In this document: one piece after another, positions 39,135-50,399 of the stretch
Numbering within the stretch: position 1 is the stretch's first letter
How the letters are laid out: each line of letters starts with the position of its first letter
Notes under the pieces: model-generated
What the model was told of the DNA's origin: nothing
Seen by the model: only the letters and a program-made list of their open reading frames with translations
Databases searched by the model: none
Position numbers and translations under genes: made by a program
IMG/VR virus record: IMGVR_UViG_2887663082_000001
Span: 32,761 to 96,760 of that record
Origin: a virus
Lineage: Duplodnaviria > Caudoviricetes
Length of the DNA stretch: 64,000 nucleotides
Strand: one strand, 5' to 3'

Positions 39135-40332
39135 CTTTCCCGTAAAGCAGGTTATTTATTTCGTCGTCTGGTACTTCATCTTCAGCAAATTGGGAGATCA
39201 GATTGATGTCGTTAAGTGAGCCATCAGCAGCAATGTCTCCATAGCCGCCACCATCGACCAGGAGGTTAACCGCCTCGCGCTTTTCGGCCATAAGTTGCTC
39301 ATGTCTGGCATGGCGAATCGCCCTTGCCTCTCGTGCCTGGCGGTCCAGTTCCTCAGGGTCATATGTCACAGATTTGACTTTATCGCTCTCACCTTCTTTC
39401 ACTTCTTTACGGGCCATCTCCATCAATAGCGCCGGAACCTTGTAACCATGCGTCTCGATGTAAATCGCGGTATCAACAGCGGTCCACCCGTTCTCCTTGC
39501 GCTGCTGGTAGGCCTGCATGATGTATTCAGGTTCATTGGCTTTACGGTCGTGCTGTTCCTGCTCGCGCTTGTTCTTCGCGTAACTCTGGCGAATACCGGC
39601 AAGGGAACGGGCAGTATCGTTGATTGCACCGGCGGCAGCGGCGGCGACGGATAATGCTTTCGTAATTGGATTTGGGCCTGGTTCGCCATCTTCAGACGGC
39701 GGCGGCTCCTCGGTCAGATAGGTCAGGACCGCCTTAACTGTACGGTTCAGACAGAACAAGTTAACGAGCGATGATTCGATGGCCATCGCCTCTATATCAT
39801 CAACGCCAGCGTCGGCAATTAACCTACGCGCCTCTTCGAGGTCCTCATCATTTGGGATGATGGATGTATCAAGTATCTGGCTCCCGGCCATGTACTGATC
39901 ACGGGCACGCCCTGATTTGGTCTTGGTGGATACCGCATTGATCAGTTTCCCGACCGGCACGCTTTCTTCTGTTTGCCCCGCATCGATGCGCGCGTGTCTT
40001 CCGGCCTCTTTGACTTGCAGACTTAATTCATTGATTTCCTGAGATATGTTTTTAGGCTGCTTCTTGCCGTTATGATCGCTTTTTCCTTTCGCGGGCTTTT
40101 TTTGATCAATTGATCGTTTGGGAGACCGTTTTCCATTGTGATCACCTGCGCGCGCAGCGGGCTGATTGCCGACCTTGGTCGTGCCCTCACCGAGATAGCG
40201 ACGTGCTGTATTGGGGTTCAAACCATAGTTAAGTGCATATTCCTTAATGGAAATCTTTTCGCCCGCCGCCCGCATTTCTGCATAGCGTTCTCTATGTTCA
40301 GACCAGTCCGTTTTTACTGCCACTGCGATCAC
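39115..40332 (-). CDS. pacA: Terminase small subunit
   Basis: [17 protein letters not shown]; upstream of pacB; GATC-rich 5' end. Confidence 0.88.
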   Translation of the reverse strand: MIAVAVKTDWSEHRERYAEMRAAGEKISIKEYALNYGLNPNTARRYLGEGTTKVGNQPAARAGDHNGKRSPKRSIDQKKPAKGKSDHNGKKQPKNISQEINELSLQVKEAGRHARIDAGQTEESVPVGKLINAVSTKTKSGRARDQYMAGSQILDTSIIPNDEDLEEARRLIADAGVDDIEAMAIESSLVNLFCLNRTVKAVLTYLTEEPPPSEDGEPGPNPITKALSVAAAAAGAINDTARSLAGIRQSYAKNKREQEQHDRKANEPEYIMQAYQQRKENGWTAVDTAIYIETHGYKVPALLMEMARKEVKEGESDKVKSVTYDPEELDRQAREARAIRHARHEQLMAEKREAVNLLVDGGGYGDIAADGSLNDINLISQFAEDEVPDDEINNLLYGKDDGSKN

Positions 40333-40382
40333 CCCTTTCCAACGATGATCACAGTCTACTGATCGTTACATCTCGTTTGATC
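40074..40382. other. Putative pac region (GATC cluster) and late promoter LPpac
   Basis: GATC at 40074, 40104, 40112, 40140, 40327, 40347, 40361 and 40379; ATGTAAC-GATCAG-TAGACT at 40371-40353. Confidence 0.7.
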
Positions 40383-40542
40383 ACTTTTGATTGGTGTTCA
40401 TAGGTTTTTTGACAACCATAAAACAGTCCTATTTTTGTTATTTGATGGGTGTTTTATTGATTTTCTCGGTGGTTTTTGTAACATGTGAATCGCTATTTCA
40501 ATCAATCACAAGCAGTTAGCGTTAAACGCAAGGATTAACACT

Positions 40543-41634
40543 ATGTCTAAATCACCAATTTTTGTGGCCGTCGATGGCGGTTCTGGCAATATCGCTCTTC
40601 GTTTCCAGGACGAGCATGGCGAACTGAAGACGCACATTAGCCCCGCGCTGGTTCGCCGTGGCCTGCTTCAACAGGGCACTCAGGAATCCTCCACGACGTG
40701 GCGCACCGATGAAGATGAAATCTTCTCCGTCACCAATGACGCAACCAGCATCGAGCTGGTAAACACCTGCGATCCGGAATACCAATTAAGTCCGGCTAAC
40801 CGCGTGCTGGTGCTTAACGCGCTGAGCCGCGCCGGGTTGGGCGGGCGCGATGTGGTGTTGGCAGACACGTTACCGGCAGATCAGTACTACGGTGACAACG
40901 GCATCAACAAAGCGCGCATTGAAGCGAAGAAAAGCAGCCTCATGCGCGCCGTGGAGAACTATTCCGGTGCTGCCGCCTCCCCTAACATCAAACACGTTGC
41001 TATCTATCCTGAAGCTGTCACAGCTTATGTGAGCGCTACAGTGATGCCTGACGGCAACGAAAATCCGGCGTTCGACGGCGTGCAGCGCTGCATGATTGTC
41101 GATCTTGGCCGTTTCACTTGTGATATCGCAATCGTTACCAACGAGCTCGAAATCCTTAACCGCGTTACCACTGAGCACGGCATTCACGTGATGATTAAGC
41201 GCCTCCATCACCTCCTTCAGGAGCATCAGGAAGTCCTCAACCTGCCAGAAGCGAAGGAAATCAGCCTTTCTGCTCTGGATGGTTTCATCGAACGCGGTTA
41301 TGCCGGTAGCCAGGCTGCATCACGTGCGCACCTGCGCCGCGACATTCGCCCACTGGTTGAACAGGCCGCGCGCGAGCTGGCGAACGATATTCGCAACGAT
41401 ATTCGCAGCCTTCACCGCAACATGACCGACATCGATATGCTGTTGTTCGTTGGTGGCGGTGCTAATTGGTTGGGCGGGAAGCTGGACTATCTGCCAGACT
41501 TCTCTAAAGAGTGGCATGACTACACGTACATCCCGGACGAACCTCAGTTCGCCGTAGTGCGCGGTGTCCACCTGCTGCTCCAGAATGCTCAGCCGCGCAT
41601 TCTGCAAGACTTAGCGGCAACTGCGGAGGCTTAA
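40543..41634 (+). CDS. parM: ParM/StbA actin-like partition ATPase
   Basis: VAVDGGS, PEA, IVDLGRFTCDI and VGGGA actin-fold motifs. Confidence 0.9.
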   Translation: MSKSPIFVAVDGGSGNIALRFQDEHGELKTHISPALVRRGLLQQGTQESSTTWRTDEDEIFSVTNDATSIELVNTCDPEYQLSPANRVLVLNALSRAGLGGRDVVLADTLPADQYYGDNGINKARIEAKKSSLMRAVENYSGAAASPNIKHVAIYPEAVTAYVSATVMPDGNENPAFDGVQRCMIVDLGRFTCDIAIVTNELEILNRVTTEHGIHVMIKRLHHLLQEHQEVLNLPEAKEISLSALDGFIERGYAGSQAASRAHLRRDIRPLVEQAARELANDIRNDIRSLHRNMTDIDMLLFVGGGANWLGGKLDYLPDFSKEWHDYTYIPDEPQFAVVRGVHLLLQNAQPRILQDLAATAEA

Positions 41635-41635
41635 T

Positions 41636-42100
41636 ATGTCAGGAAGCGACACCAAGGCGAAACGTGATGTGCTGTCGATCAACATCACCGATGATTTGAA
41701 GCGATCAGCGGCTTCGTGCCGCTTCATTGATGAGTACCGTGCCACCAGCGACCGTAGCGCTAAGCGTACCAAAATCGTTAGTGCGTTGACTGCTGGCCAG
41801 ATTATGCAGGAATGCGAGCTGATGGCCGTGATTGGCTTTATCGATACTGAAGCCTTTGCCAGACTCGATATCGATCAAAAACGACTGATGCTGTTGGCTC
41901 GTATGCAGGAGTTTATTGGTGTGGTACAGCCAGTTACCGCACCTGTCGTTACTGCTCCAGCGTCAACACCGGTGCAGCAAACTAAACCGGTGGCCCCTGC
42001 TGTTAAGGAGCCACCAGCGTCGGTTACTGAAGAGAAGCAGGAAAAAGCAGAGGGTTCAGCTAGAGTGAGTAAATTCGCTAACCAGCTGCCCGGTGCTTGA
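41636..42100 (+). CDS. ParR/StbB-like adaptor
   Basis: Small gene coupled to parM with a low-complexity C-terminal tail. Confidence 0.6.
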   Translation: MSGSDTKAKRDVLSINITDDLKRSAASCRFIDEYRATSDRSAKRTKIVSALTAGQIMQECELMAVIGFIDTEAFARLDIDQKRLMLLARMQEFIGVVQPVTAPVVTAPASTPVQQTKPVAPAVKEPPASVTEEKQEKAEGSARVSKFANQLPGA

Positions 42101-42514
42101 ATCTCTACGCGGTGAATACAGCATTAACCGCGTTAAATAAGCACCTGCTCTTTCCTTCTCATCCTCATCCATAAGCATTTTTTCACGGCGGTCCGGAGGG
42201 ATTCTCTCCGGATTTCTGCAACGCCTGAAGAATGCATCATCTATCCGTGTTAAGTAGAACGTTCGCGGGCGTACTGAGAGATCAACAATGCAGTCTGAGT
42301 TATAGGACAGCGCTATAGATCGCAATCTCAGATAAATATCGCGTAACGACGAGTGGTACTGCGGATACTTCAACCTTAAGCCTTCAGCTACTTCTCTGGC
42401 CGTGGCTGGCTTACCAAGCTCTATCAGATACTGCGAAATTTCCCACGACGTAAGCCTATTGTGCTTTGCCAAATAGACACCTCGATGAGACATACAGAAT
42501 GTACTAATGCACAT
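42056..42514 (-). CDS. lpa: Late promoter activator (likely start TTG 42472)
   Basis: RLTSWEI..RDIYLRL..IA..RPR.F..FFRR matches P1 Lpa as I recall it; operator at 42699-42716. Confidence 0.85.
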   Translation of the reverse strand: MCISTFCMSHRGVYLAKHNRLTSWEISQYLIELGKPATAREVAEGLRLKYPQYHSSLRDIYLRLRSIALSYNSDCIVDLSVRPRTFYLTRIDDAFFRRCRNPERIPPDRREKMLMDEDEKERAGAYLTRLMLYSPRRDSSTGQLVSEFTHSS

Positions 42515-42935
42515 GGGATTCTACTGGCGGTTCGCCTGTTTTTCAAACCACATGAGTCACAGATAAGAAAAAGGCGCATTAAGCGCCTTGTCAAATTGGT
42601 ATGCAAAAAGATTAAGATGGATACTCACAAAGAATCTTGGAATGGACTCAGAAAGCACATCACAAAACCCCTCGATGACTATACCGATGAATATCATATT
42701 ACAGACTATACTAAATATTCAACATATGGATGATTAATTAGGGATGATTTCTACGGCTTCCTGGACTTCAGCTGCTGATTGCGGGGAGCGGACGCCCCAT
42801 CTAATGAAAGAATAAAAAACCGCCTTGCGGCGGTTTAAATATCAACTTAGGACGTTGCACTTGTGAAACATGCTGAAAATCAAATAACCAGACCGACATA
42901 CGCCAGTCTGGCTAAACTTGCTCGGTAGAATCAGC

Positions 42936-45900
42936 TTAGAAGTTCCATTTCACGCCTACCATCGCTGCGCTGTCGTTATAGCCTTTGTCGCCGACCTGTA
43001 CCCCTATATTGCCCCAGAGATTGAGTCGTGGACTCACCTGACCTTCCACGCCCACTTTTACCTCGGCGATATTTTTCGCTCCGTCCTGACGAACATTCAC
43101 TCCATCCATGGTCGTACTGAAATCACGTGAATTGTGCAGCCAGTTCAGTTCGGCAAACGGCTGGAACTCACGCTCTTTACCGTTATCCATCTTATGATGA
43201 CTCCTAATCCAGGTTTTCAGGCCCAGTCGGGTCTGCACATTACCGTTACCATCGCTGGAGATACGGGTGCCGTTACTTTCCCGATGGTCGTCGGCTTTCA
43301 CACCCATCCAGATCGCCTGCGCTTGTGGTTGTACAAACCATTCGTTAAGCGTTCCCTGACTGCCGGCAAACTCTCCCACTTTTTGGGCATATCCCATTTC
43401 CAGTGAGGCGGTTACCCCTTTCGATTTATACGATTCGCCCTGCAGGTCATCGCCTTTGACATTGTTATCAAACCAGCTGTATTGAGCCCAGCTATCCAGC
43501 CAGGCGCCATTATGCGACTCATCATTGGCATACCATGTTGCATAAACGCCAGCACTGTAGCCGTTGACTGAACCTTTGGAACTATAACCCGTGCGGGATG
43601 ATTGGGTGTTACTGTGGTCGTTACCATAGCCGGCCATCACGCCAAGATGCCAGCGATCAAGCCCGTTCTGACTCCATTGCGCAATATCCCCCCCCAATTG
43701 CAATACATAACGGTTGCTCTGGGTTTTCAGTTGGCCACTGCCGTCACGCCAATTGTTGTGCCCACCAACGTGGCGCATCCACATACTGGTCACTTTCTGC
43801 TCACCGGTCAGTGCATCGATATACTGTGTTTCACCCAAGCGATCGTACAAACGGGTGACGAACATGTTGTTGGCCGCCGCCAGGTTAGCCGTGTAGCTGC
43901 CGCCTTCCGGACGCAAATCTTTATCGGGATCCGGATTCGGTTTTGGATCCGGATCAGGATTCGTTTTGCCGCTGGTCAGATACCAGTTGCCGCTGTTTTC
44001 ATCCTGACCGCGCCCAAGGCTGTAGTCATATGCCCCCGCCACAATACGGCCGGCCTGGGTAAACTCACCGTCCGATGCGCCATCAACATGGATAACTTCG
44101 ATCCCATCAATCGTTGCGGCCCCTTTCCCACCGGCGTTAGTTACGCTGACGGAAGTTGTGCCACTGGTATCGCCTTTCACCACCAGCTTATCCGTAACGG
44201 AATTGTCATCCCCCAGCACGGTGTTCAAGGAAAGATGACCACCATTACCCGTGTAATTACCATTGACCACCAGTTGATTACCGGCCTGCTGACCATTCAC
44301 ACCAGTTGCGAGGGTACCGCTGTTAACCAGGTCTTTCCCAACCGTGAACAGGAGGTTGTCACCGGTCCCGGTACCCACCTGTAGCACGCCGGCGTTATTC
44401 ACATTACCTGCAACGCCTCCAGTGCCTGAGAGCATCCCCTCAGCAGCAATGTTGACTTCGGTACTGGCCAGTGTGACAGGAGATGTGCCATCCCCCAGAA
44501 CCAGGCCGCCCTGCTCAATATCCGTTTTCCCCGTCCAGGCGGCGTTGTCACCGACGGTAATAGAGCCGGCTCCCAGCTTAGTCACGTCGCCGCTACCATA
44601 AACGTCGTTATCAAGCTGCCAGTCGGTATTACTGTTCAGCACCAGTGAACCGCTGTTGCTCACCTCTGCGCTGCCCAGATTTTCTGCGCTGAACGCGGTA
44701 AGCCGGGAATCCACATCCACAGCAAATTGCCCCGTAAAGGTACTGTTGTTGCCCACCAGCGCGACATCGCTTTCGCTGAGTTCAACCCGTCCGGCATCGC
44801 TGATACTGTTGTAAAGCGCACCTGCCGCCTTGCTCATCGTCAGCGTTCCCGCCGCCACGATATCGCCCGTGCCAAGACCCAGTGTGGTGTTTATCAGCAC
44901 GCGCGCACCTTCTGCAATGGTCGTTTTTGCCGTCAGCGTGCTGTTTTCACCGGTAATGGTTAGCGTATCGCCATTGATGTTTAGCGCACCGCTTCCGGTC
45001 AATATTCCATCGGCTGTTCCGCCCTGTTCCAGGGTCAGGCTACCGCCATTGATGTTCAGCAGTGAGTCAGCCGCCGCCGTCAGCTTACGGACCGTCTGAC
45101 TATAACCGTTCATGTCAAAACCGGTATCGGCAGCAAGACGCAGTTCACTGGTCTGTCCCAGAACATTATCGTTTTTCATCAGCAGGTTGCCGCTGCGTAC
45201 ATCGGTGATACCGGTGTAATCGTTATCCATATTCGACAGCGATACCGTCTGGCCTCTGGCGCTGTCAAAAACCAGGTCGCCACTGCCGGTCACGCGAGCG
45301 CTGAGATCTGCGGCATTACCGGCCTTTCCGTTCGCATCCAGGACCAGTGCATTGTCTCCAGAGGCCAGCAGTTCGACCTGTGTCAGACCATAGCTAATGT
45401 ACAGCCCGTCATCATTTTCCCCTCCGGTAAGGCGATAATCATAGGTACCGTTCGCAACAATCTCGCCATTTTGGCTGATGCCGGCTTCAATCCCATCGCT
45501 GATGATATTGCCATTGCTATCGGTGAGCGTCAGATTGCCTGCACCGCCGGAGACGGCAGTATCTGAGGTTGCCAGTTGAATCAGCAACTGCGCATCATCC
45601 TGTTCAAGAAGTGATAGCGTGGTATCAGTCAATGGACGATCGTTAGTAATTGTGCCGCTATCAACCTGCACGGTTCCGCGTCCGGAGAGATCCATCGCGC
45701 CAGCATGAATTGTTCCTTCGGCACTGCTCTGCCCCGGCGTCACACCGTCAAAGCTGACGGTACCGCCGTTAAACGCCAGGCCGCCGATATTCTGCTCACC
45801 GGACCCCACGTGAGTGGTGTTACCCTCACCAACATTTAATGTTGCCTGACTCAGCGCCTGGGTATTTAATCCGGCCAGCTCAAAGGTGCTGTTTGTCAGT

Positions 45901-48900
45901 GCCAGCGTCCCCTTGAATCCATCAGCCGCATTGTTGCTGGTAAAATCAAACGCTTTACCGCTGGCGTCAACGGCGACCGTTCCCGTTCCCGCCAGATGGC
46001 TGTTAAAGGCCAGCGCAGCGTCAGATTTCAGCGACAAGGTGCTGGTCGCATCAATGTTGTAACCCGTACCGATCGCATCGTTTTGGTTATCACCCAGCGC
46101 ATAAGCAACATTATTAACGGTAAATACTGAACCCGCGGTGAGATCGATATGCTCCATGCCGGTAATAGCATCTGCACGATTGAGGGTGTACTGTGCGTTA
46201 TTCAGCTGAAGTTTATCCTCGCCGTCGCCACCATTGAGGCTAGTAAACAGCGAGGTTTCTGTCTCTTTGACATTTTTCAGTACGTACAGATCGTTACCAC
46301 TGCCCGTCTTGATGTCGGTTGCGGTACTGCCAGATTCCAGCGTAACGGTGTTATCACCGCTCATCAGGTTAACCTGACCAACGATGCTGGCGCCCGCCGC
46401 GTTAGTAAACGCAATGCCTGCTCCTGAGAGCATTTCTACCGCTTTTTGGGACGCATCCAGCGCTTTAATAATGCCTTTATTGATAAACGTTTCCAGGGAA
46501 CCGTTATCAATATTTACCACCGAGTTGCTTGTCGATTTCGAAGTCAGCTCACCAGCCTGTTCAACATTTTTGGTCGTGCCACCAACAACCAACGCTTCAC
46601 CACCGTTAGCGTCGAGCACGTTAACGCTGACGCCTGTTTTCAGATCGGTTGACGCATTGGTGACGATCCCTTTGCCCGCAGCCTGCTCAACATTGATAAC
46701 CAGATCGCGGGAGTCAGACATATCCAGCGTTTGATTCGTTTCGCTGCCGTCGATATTTTCAAACAGGATCCCTGTTCCGCTCCCCGTAACGTTAATCGTT
46801 CCGGAGTTAGTTTGCGCCAGGGATGCTCCGGTATGAATACCAATGCCATTCCCCACACTGATAGTTGTATCTTTTAGCTGAATACCCGCAATATTGGCGA
46901 CGTTTTCAATGGCGCTTCCTTTACCAGTACTATCCATTGTAATGGTAGCTCCATCGACCAGCAGGCCTTGCGCACCGGCGGCCAGCAAGATACCGTGCGC
47001 GTCTCCCGATGCTTTGGTTTCTCCCGAACCTGACAGACTTAATGACGCATCATTGCCAACGAGATAGGCTGCGGTACCATCCGTCGCGCTAACCGTCGCA
47101 TTGTTGTTCACAATAGAATCAGCGCCTTCAATACTGACCGCCACGCCATTAACCTTGATGTCGCCGTCGTTATTCAACGTACCGCCGGAAACCATCACGC
47201 CTGTGCTGTCCGCCTGATCAAAGTCGATGTTGCCTTTATGGTTGAGAGTACCGCCGTTACGAGCGATGTAGCCGAAAGCGCCATCCGCTGTATTGCTGGT
47301 ATTCAGCGTGGCGTGGCTGGTCAGTACGGAATCGCCTTTTTTGGTTGCATCGACTGTGCCATCAAGGTTGTAGTAATTGCCATCAACAATCCCGGCCGTG
47401 GTGTCTTTTCCAGAAACGTTGATCACAGCATCCGAAGAGATTTCGCCCGTGGCGCCCCCTTCAATACGGATCCCCGTCGCGCCGGTTCCCGTGACGCTGA
47501 GCGCCAGCTTGCCGGAATCAAAATGGCTGCCGGCACCGGTGGTACGAATAATGGAGGCACTTTTACCAGATGCATCCAGCCTGGCGGAACTGTCTTCGGA
47601 CCCGGCAAAGCTGGCACCGCCGTCAATGCGATACAGCGTCGCGCCCTCTGTGGAGGCATCCTGAATGCTAGACGCAGCATTTTTAATAGTCGAACCCGCC
47701 CCGTAGACGTAATAGCCCGTCTGGTTAATACCGTCGGTGAAGTTAACAGTTCCGTTCTCGGTGACGTCAATTTCGCCTTTATCACGGGCATGTACGCCAA
47801 TTGCCCCGTCACCGCTCAGGTTTACCGTACCGGATAATATGGCCAGAGCTTTTTCACCCTGCGCGTAAACACCATAGTTGGCATAATGGGTGATGGGGTC
47901 GAGCCCACCATTAATATTTATGGTGCCAGAACTGGTAACCTGCGCATTCGTCAGCGCCTTTACCCCGATGCTGTTCAGGCCGTTCAAATTAATAACGCCA
48001 GCATTCACCACCTTCGCCGCCTGGGTTCCCTCACGCGAGAGGATCCCGATATTAGAGGCGACGGACTCACCGGTCACGGCACCGTTAATATCAATAGTGC
48101 CTTGCTGATTGAGCGTCGCCGCACCGCCAACGTCAATTGCCGTTGCGTTCTGGACTTTGCTGCCGATAACTATTTGCGAAGTATCAGAACCGTTATAAAT
48201 CCCGTTACCGTAGAGCTGAACGCCAACGGAATGCTGTTTGATAGCAATATCAGAAGTCGTATCTGTCGGAGCACGTTGCGCCAGGCGGCCAATGTAGAGC
48301 GTTCCACGATTGTTAAAGATAGTATTTTGCTGAGTCACCACACCGATGTTGGCGCCATCGCCCAGAATGCTGCTGGCTTCGTTACTTGCGGCAATATTGA
48401 TCGCGCCATCGTTATTTAACGTCGCACTTCCACTCATTAACACGCCGGTATTACCGTAGTAATTCCCCCTAGCCGCCACGTTAATCACGCCCGTGGTATT
48501 ATTGTTCACTACCGACTGGCCGTTGGCGAGGATTGCCGTATGTACGCCTGCAGCAACTCCTGCAGCACCGCCCTGGAAAAAGGCGGCCATCTCCGGGTTA
48601 GTGCCGGCATCAATCACGCCATTGTTCTCAACAAAGGAGGTATTTCTTGCCGCAATGACGTATGCCCCACGGTAGGTGTTTCCGGCGGTGCCGAGGGTAC
48701 CGTTATTGATCAGCGTCGCGCCGTTCTCGAGGTTAACCACGGTGGCATCTGAACCTACCAACTGGACATTGGCATCGTTATCGATAGTCACGTTGCTGTT
48801 GCTGCCTTCGCCGTGAATATAGGAAACAGCATCACGGTTAACAAAGGCCCGTACTGCATCGTCAGAGGCAATAGCACCAGTATCGGCAAAAATACCGTGT

Positions 48901-49874
48901 AAGGAGGCGTCGCGTGCTTTATTCAGCTCAGCAGCGTACTGCTCTTCAGTGAGTTGAATTGTGCCGTCCTGAAGGGCCTTAATCAGCGCATCATTGTAGG
49001 CCTTAAACTCCGCAACGTTGGTAACGTTTTGCTCACCGATAACGCTGTTAAATGAGCCTACAAAATCAGCAGCAGTCATCCAGGCAAGCGCGTTGCTGCT
49101 ATCCTTAATATTGTTATCATTATTGCCCAGCTGAACCACGGTTTTGGCCTGATAGTTAATACTACCTCCATCGGTTACGTGAAAAGCTGAGGACAGGTTT
49201 TTATTGTTTACCGAGCTTTTCAGAATAACGTTGAACTGATTTTCTGCTGCGCCCATCCAGTTACCAGTTTTCTGGCCGACGTCCACATCAAGCGAATCAC
49301 CGGCACCGATCTGATAAAAATTACGATCGACATACTGGCCATCTTTGCCGACCGGCGTTGACACCACAACCCTGAAGTCTTTTGCGGCCTCGGTTTGCAT
49401 ATCGCTATTATCAAAAACATTCATGGTGACCGTACTGCCCGTCACCGGATCTATGTAATTAATCGATTTGGTCTGCGATCCCATGCGGAAAATATCTTTA
49501 TCAACCCATTGCGCGGAATCGTTGGTAATCACCCCCTGGTCTCTTGCCTGTTCCAGAGTCATCCACTGACTTCCTGATGCCCCTTTCGTGATACCGGCAA
49601 AGCTACCAACAAGGCGTGATGAACCTGAGATAATCTCCTCGAAGGGATCCTGTGGCGTAAAGTCATGAACCTGTATATCAGCAGCGATAACTTCGGACGC
49701 GCATGCCGTAAAGATTCCCAGGACAATCGCCGAGAGCGTAAATGTTTTAAGACGCTTAGGTGAATCTGGGTTAACGAGACTACGAGATATTCGACAGTAC
49801 CCTTTAGCAAGTTCTGAAACCACCACAAATGCATTCATCTGGGCATTCCAGATAACTTTAAATACTTTATTCAT
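42936..49874 (-). CDS. Giant type Va autotransporter adhesin (AIDA-I-like), 2312 aa
   Basis: ESPR signal MNKVFKVIWN..VVVSEL; beta-helical passenger; PD-rich linker; beta-barrel ending KWNF. Confidence 0.93.
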   Translation of the reverse strand: MNKVFKVIWNAQMNAFVVVSELAKGYCRISRSLVNPDSPKRLKTFTLSAIVLGIFTACASEVIAADIQVHDFTPQDPFEEIISGSSRLVGSFAGITKGASGSQWMTLEQARDQGVITNDSAQWVDKDIFRMGSQTKSINYIDPVTGSTVTMNVFDNSDMQTEAAKDFRVVVSTPVGKDGQYVDRNFYQIGAGDSLDVDVGQKTGNWMGAAENQFNVILKSSVNNKNLSSAFHVTDGGSINYQAKTVVQLGNNDNNIKDSSNALAWMTAADFVGSFNSVIGEQNVTNVAEFKAYNDALIKALQDGTIQLTEEQYAAELNKARDASLHGIFADTGAIASDDAVRAFVNRDAVSYIHGEGSNSNVTIDNDANVQLVGSDATVVNLENGATLINNGTLGTAGNTYRGAYVIAARNTSFVENNGVIDAGTNPEMAAFFQGGAAGVAAGVHTAILANGQSVVNNNTTGVINVAARGNYYGNTGVLMSGSATLNNDGAINIAASNEASSILGDGANIGVVTQQNTIFNNRGTLYIGRLAQRAPTDTTSDIAIKQHSVGVQLYGNGIYNGSDTSQIVIGSKVQNATAIDVGGAATLNQQGTIDINGAVTGESVASNIGILSREGTQAAKVVNAGVINLNGLNSIGVKALTNAQVTSSGTININGGLDPITHYANYGVYAQGEKALAILSGTVNLSGDGAIGVHARDKGEIDVTENGTVNFTDGINQTGYYVYGAGSTIKNAASSIQDASTEGATLYRIDGGASFAGSEDSSARLDASGKSASIIRTTGAGSHFDSGKLALSVTGTGATGIRIEGGATGEISSDAVINVSGKDTTAGIVDGNYYNLDGTVDATKKGDSVLTSHATLNTSNTADGAFGYIARNGGTLNHKGNIDFDQADSTGVMVSGGTLNNDGDIKVNGVAVSIEGADSIVNNNATVSATDGTAAYLVGNDASLSLSGSGETKASGDAHGILLAAGAQGLLVDGATITMDSTGKGSAIENVANIAGIQLKDTTISVGNGIGIHTGASLAQTNSGTINVTGSGTGILFENIDGSETNQTLDMSDSRDLVINVEQAAGKGIVTNASTDLKTGVSVNVLDANGGEALVVGGTTKNVEQAGELTSKSTSNSVVNIDNGSLETFINKGIIKALDASQKAVEMLSGAGIAFTNAAGASIVGQVNLMSGDNTVTLESGSTATDIKTGSGNDLYVLKNVKETETSLFTSLNGGDGEDKLQLNNAQYTLNRADAITGMEHIDLTAGSVFTVNNVAYALGDNQNDAIGTGYNIDATSTLSLKSDAALAFNSHLAGTGTVAVDASGKAFDFTSNNAADGFKGTLALTNSTFELAGLNTQALSQATLNVGEGNTTHVGSGEQNIGGLAFNGGTVSFDGVTPGQSSAEGTIHAGAMDLSGRGTVQVDSGTITNDRPLTDTTLSLLEQDDAQLLIQLATSDTAVSGGAGNLTLTDSNGNIISDGIEAGISQNGEIVANGTYDYRLTGGENDDGLYISYGLTQVELLASGDNALVLDANGKAGNAADLSARVTGSGDLVFDSARGQTVSLSNMDNDYTGITDVRSGNLLMKNDNVLGQTSELRLAADTGFDMNGYSQTVRKLTAAADSLLNINGGSLTLEQGGTADGILTGSGALNINGDTLTITGENSTLTAKTTIAEGARVLINTTLGLGTGDIVAAGTLTMSKAAGALYNSISDAGRVELSESDVALVGNNSTFTGQFAVDVDSRLTAFSAENLGSAEVSNSGSLVLNSNTDWQLDNDVYGSGDVTKLGAGSITVGDNAAWTGKTDIEQGGLVLGDGTSPVTLASTEVNIAAEGMLSGTGGVAGNVNNAGVLQVGTGTGDNLLFTVGKDLVNSGTLATGVNGQQAGNQLVVNGNYTGNGGHLSLNTVLGDDNSVTDKLVVKGDTSGTTSVSVTNAGGKGAATIDGIEVIHVDGASDGEFTQAGRIVAGAYDYSLGRGQDENSGNWYLTSGKTNPDPDPKPNPDPDKDLRPEGGSYTANLAAANNMFVTRLYDRLGETQYIDALTGEQKVTSMWMRHVGGHNNWRDGSGQLKTQSNRYVLQLGGDIAQWSQNGLDRWHLGVMAGYGNDHSNTQSSRTGYSSKGSVNGYSAGVYATWYANDESHNGAWLDSWAQYSWFDNNVKGDDLQGESYKSKGVTASLEMGYAQKVGEFAGSQGTLNEWFVQPQAQAIWMGVKADDHRESNGTRISSDGNGNVQTRLGLKTWIRSHHKMDNGKEREFQPFAELNWLHNSRDFSTTMDGVNVRQDGAKNIAEVKVGVEGQVSPRLNLWGNIGVQVGDKGYNDSAAMVGVKWNF

Positions 49875-50017
49875 GTATTTTTTCTCTTAAATTCGCGCTG
49901 GAAGGAAAATTTGACCTTTTTTCGATACAACCAAATTACTTAACCCAACTTTAAGTCGATTGTTTCAATAAATGGCCCTATTTTTATGTGGGCATATTAG
50001 CATAAGAAAGATACAGA

Positions 50018-50095
50018 GATCGATAATGACGATCGTTTAAGCTATATTGATAGTTTTTAACAATCAGAATTGATCCACCGATCGTTTTTTACAAT
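50018..50095 (-). promoter_or_regulatory. Putative Dam/OxyR phase-variation switch
   Basis: Three AT(A/C)G-N7-C(G/A)AT half-sites at 50019, 50050 and 50081 (31-bp period); GATC at 50018, 50031, 50072 and 50080. Confidence 0.65.
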
Positions 50096-50399
50096 GAAAA
50101 TGTTATCGTTTCTGATAATGGCGCCCTCAGAAGTTGACCAGAACACAGTGGTAAATGTTGCCGTGGTCAGGCACAGTCGGTTACGTTGTTGACAGGTTCC
50201 ACCGTCCATCCCTTCCGCCTGATAAGCCATAATCCGCTTGTAGTCATCGCGTGGTTTTTTTCACTTCGGTGAAGTTTGCGACGTACAGAGCGTGATTTCG
50301 GGAGCCATGGTGCCGGCAAAGCCGGTGCCCGGGGGCGGTATTTGGTAATAGGGCAGCCTGACGTAAAGGTGGGCAGACCACGGAAACGCTGACACAGAG

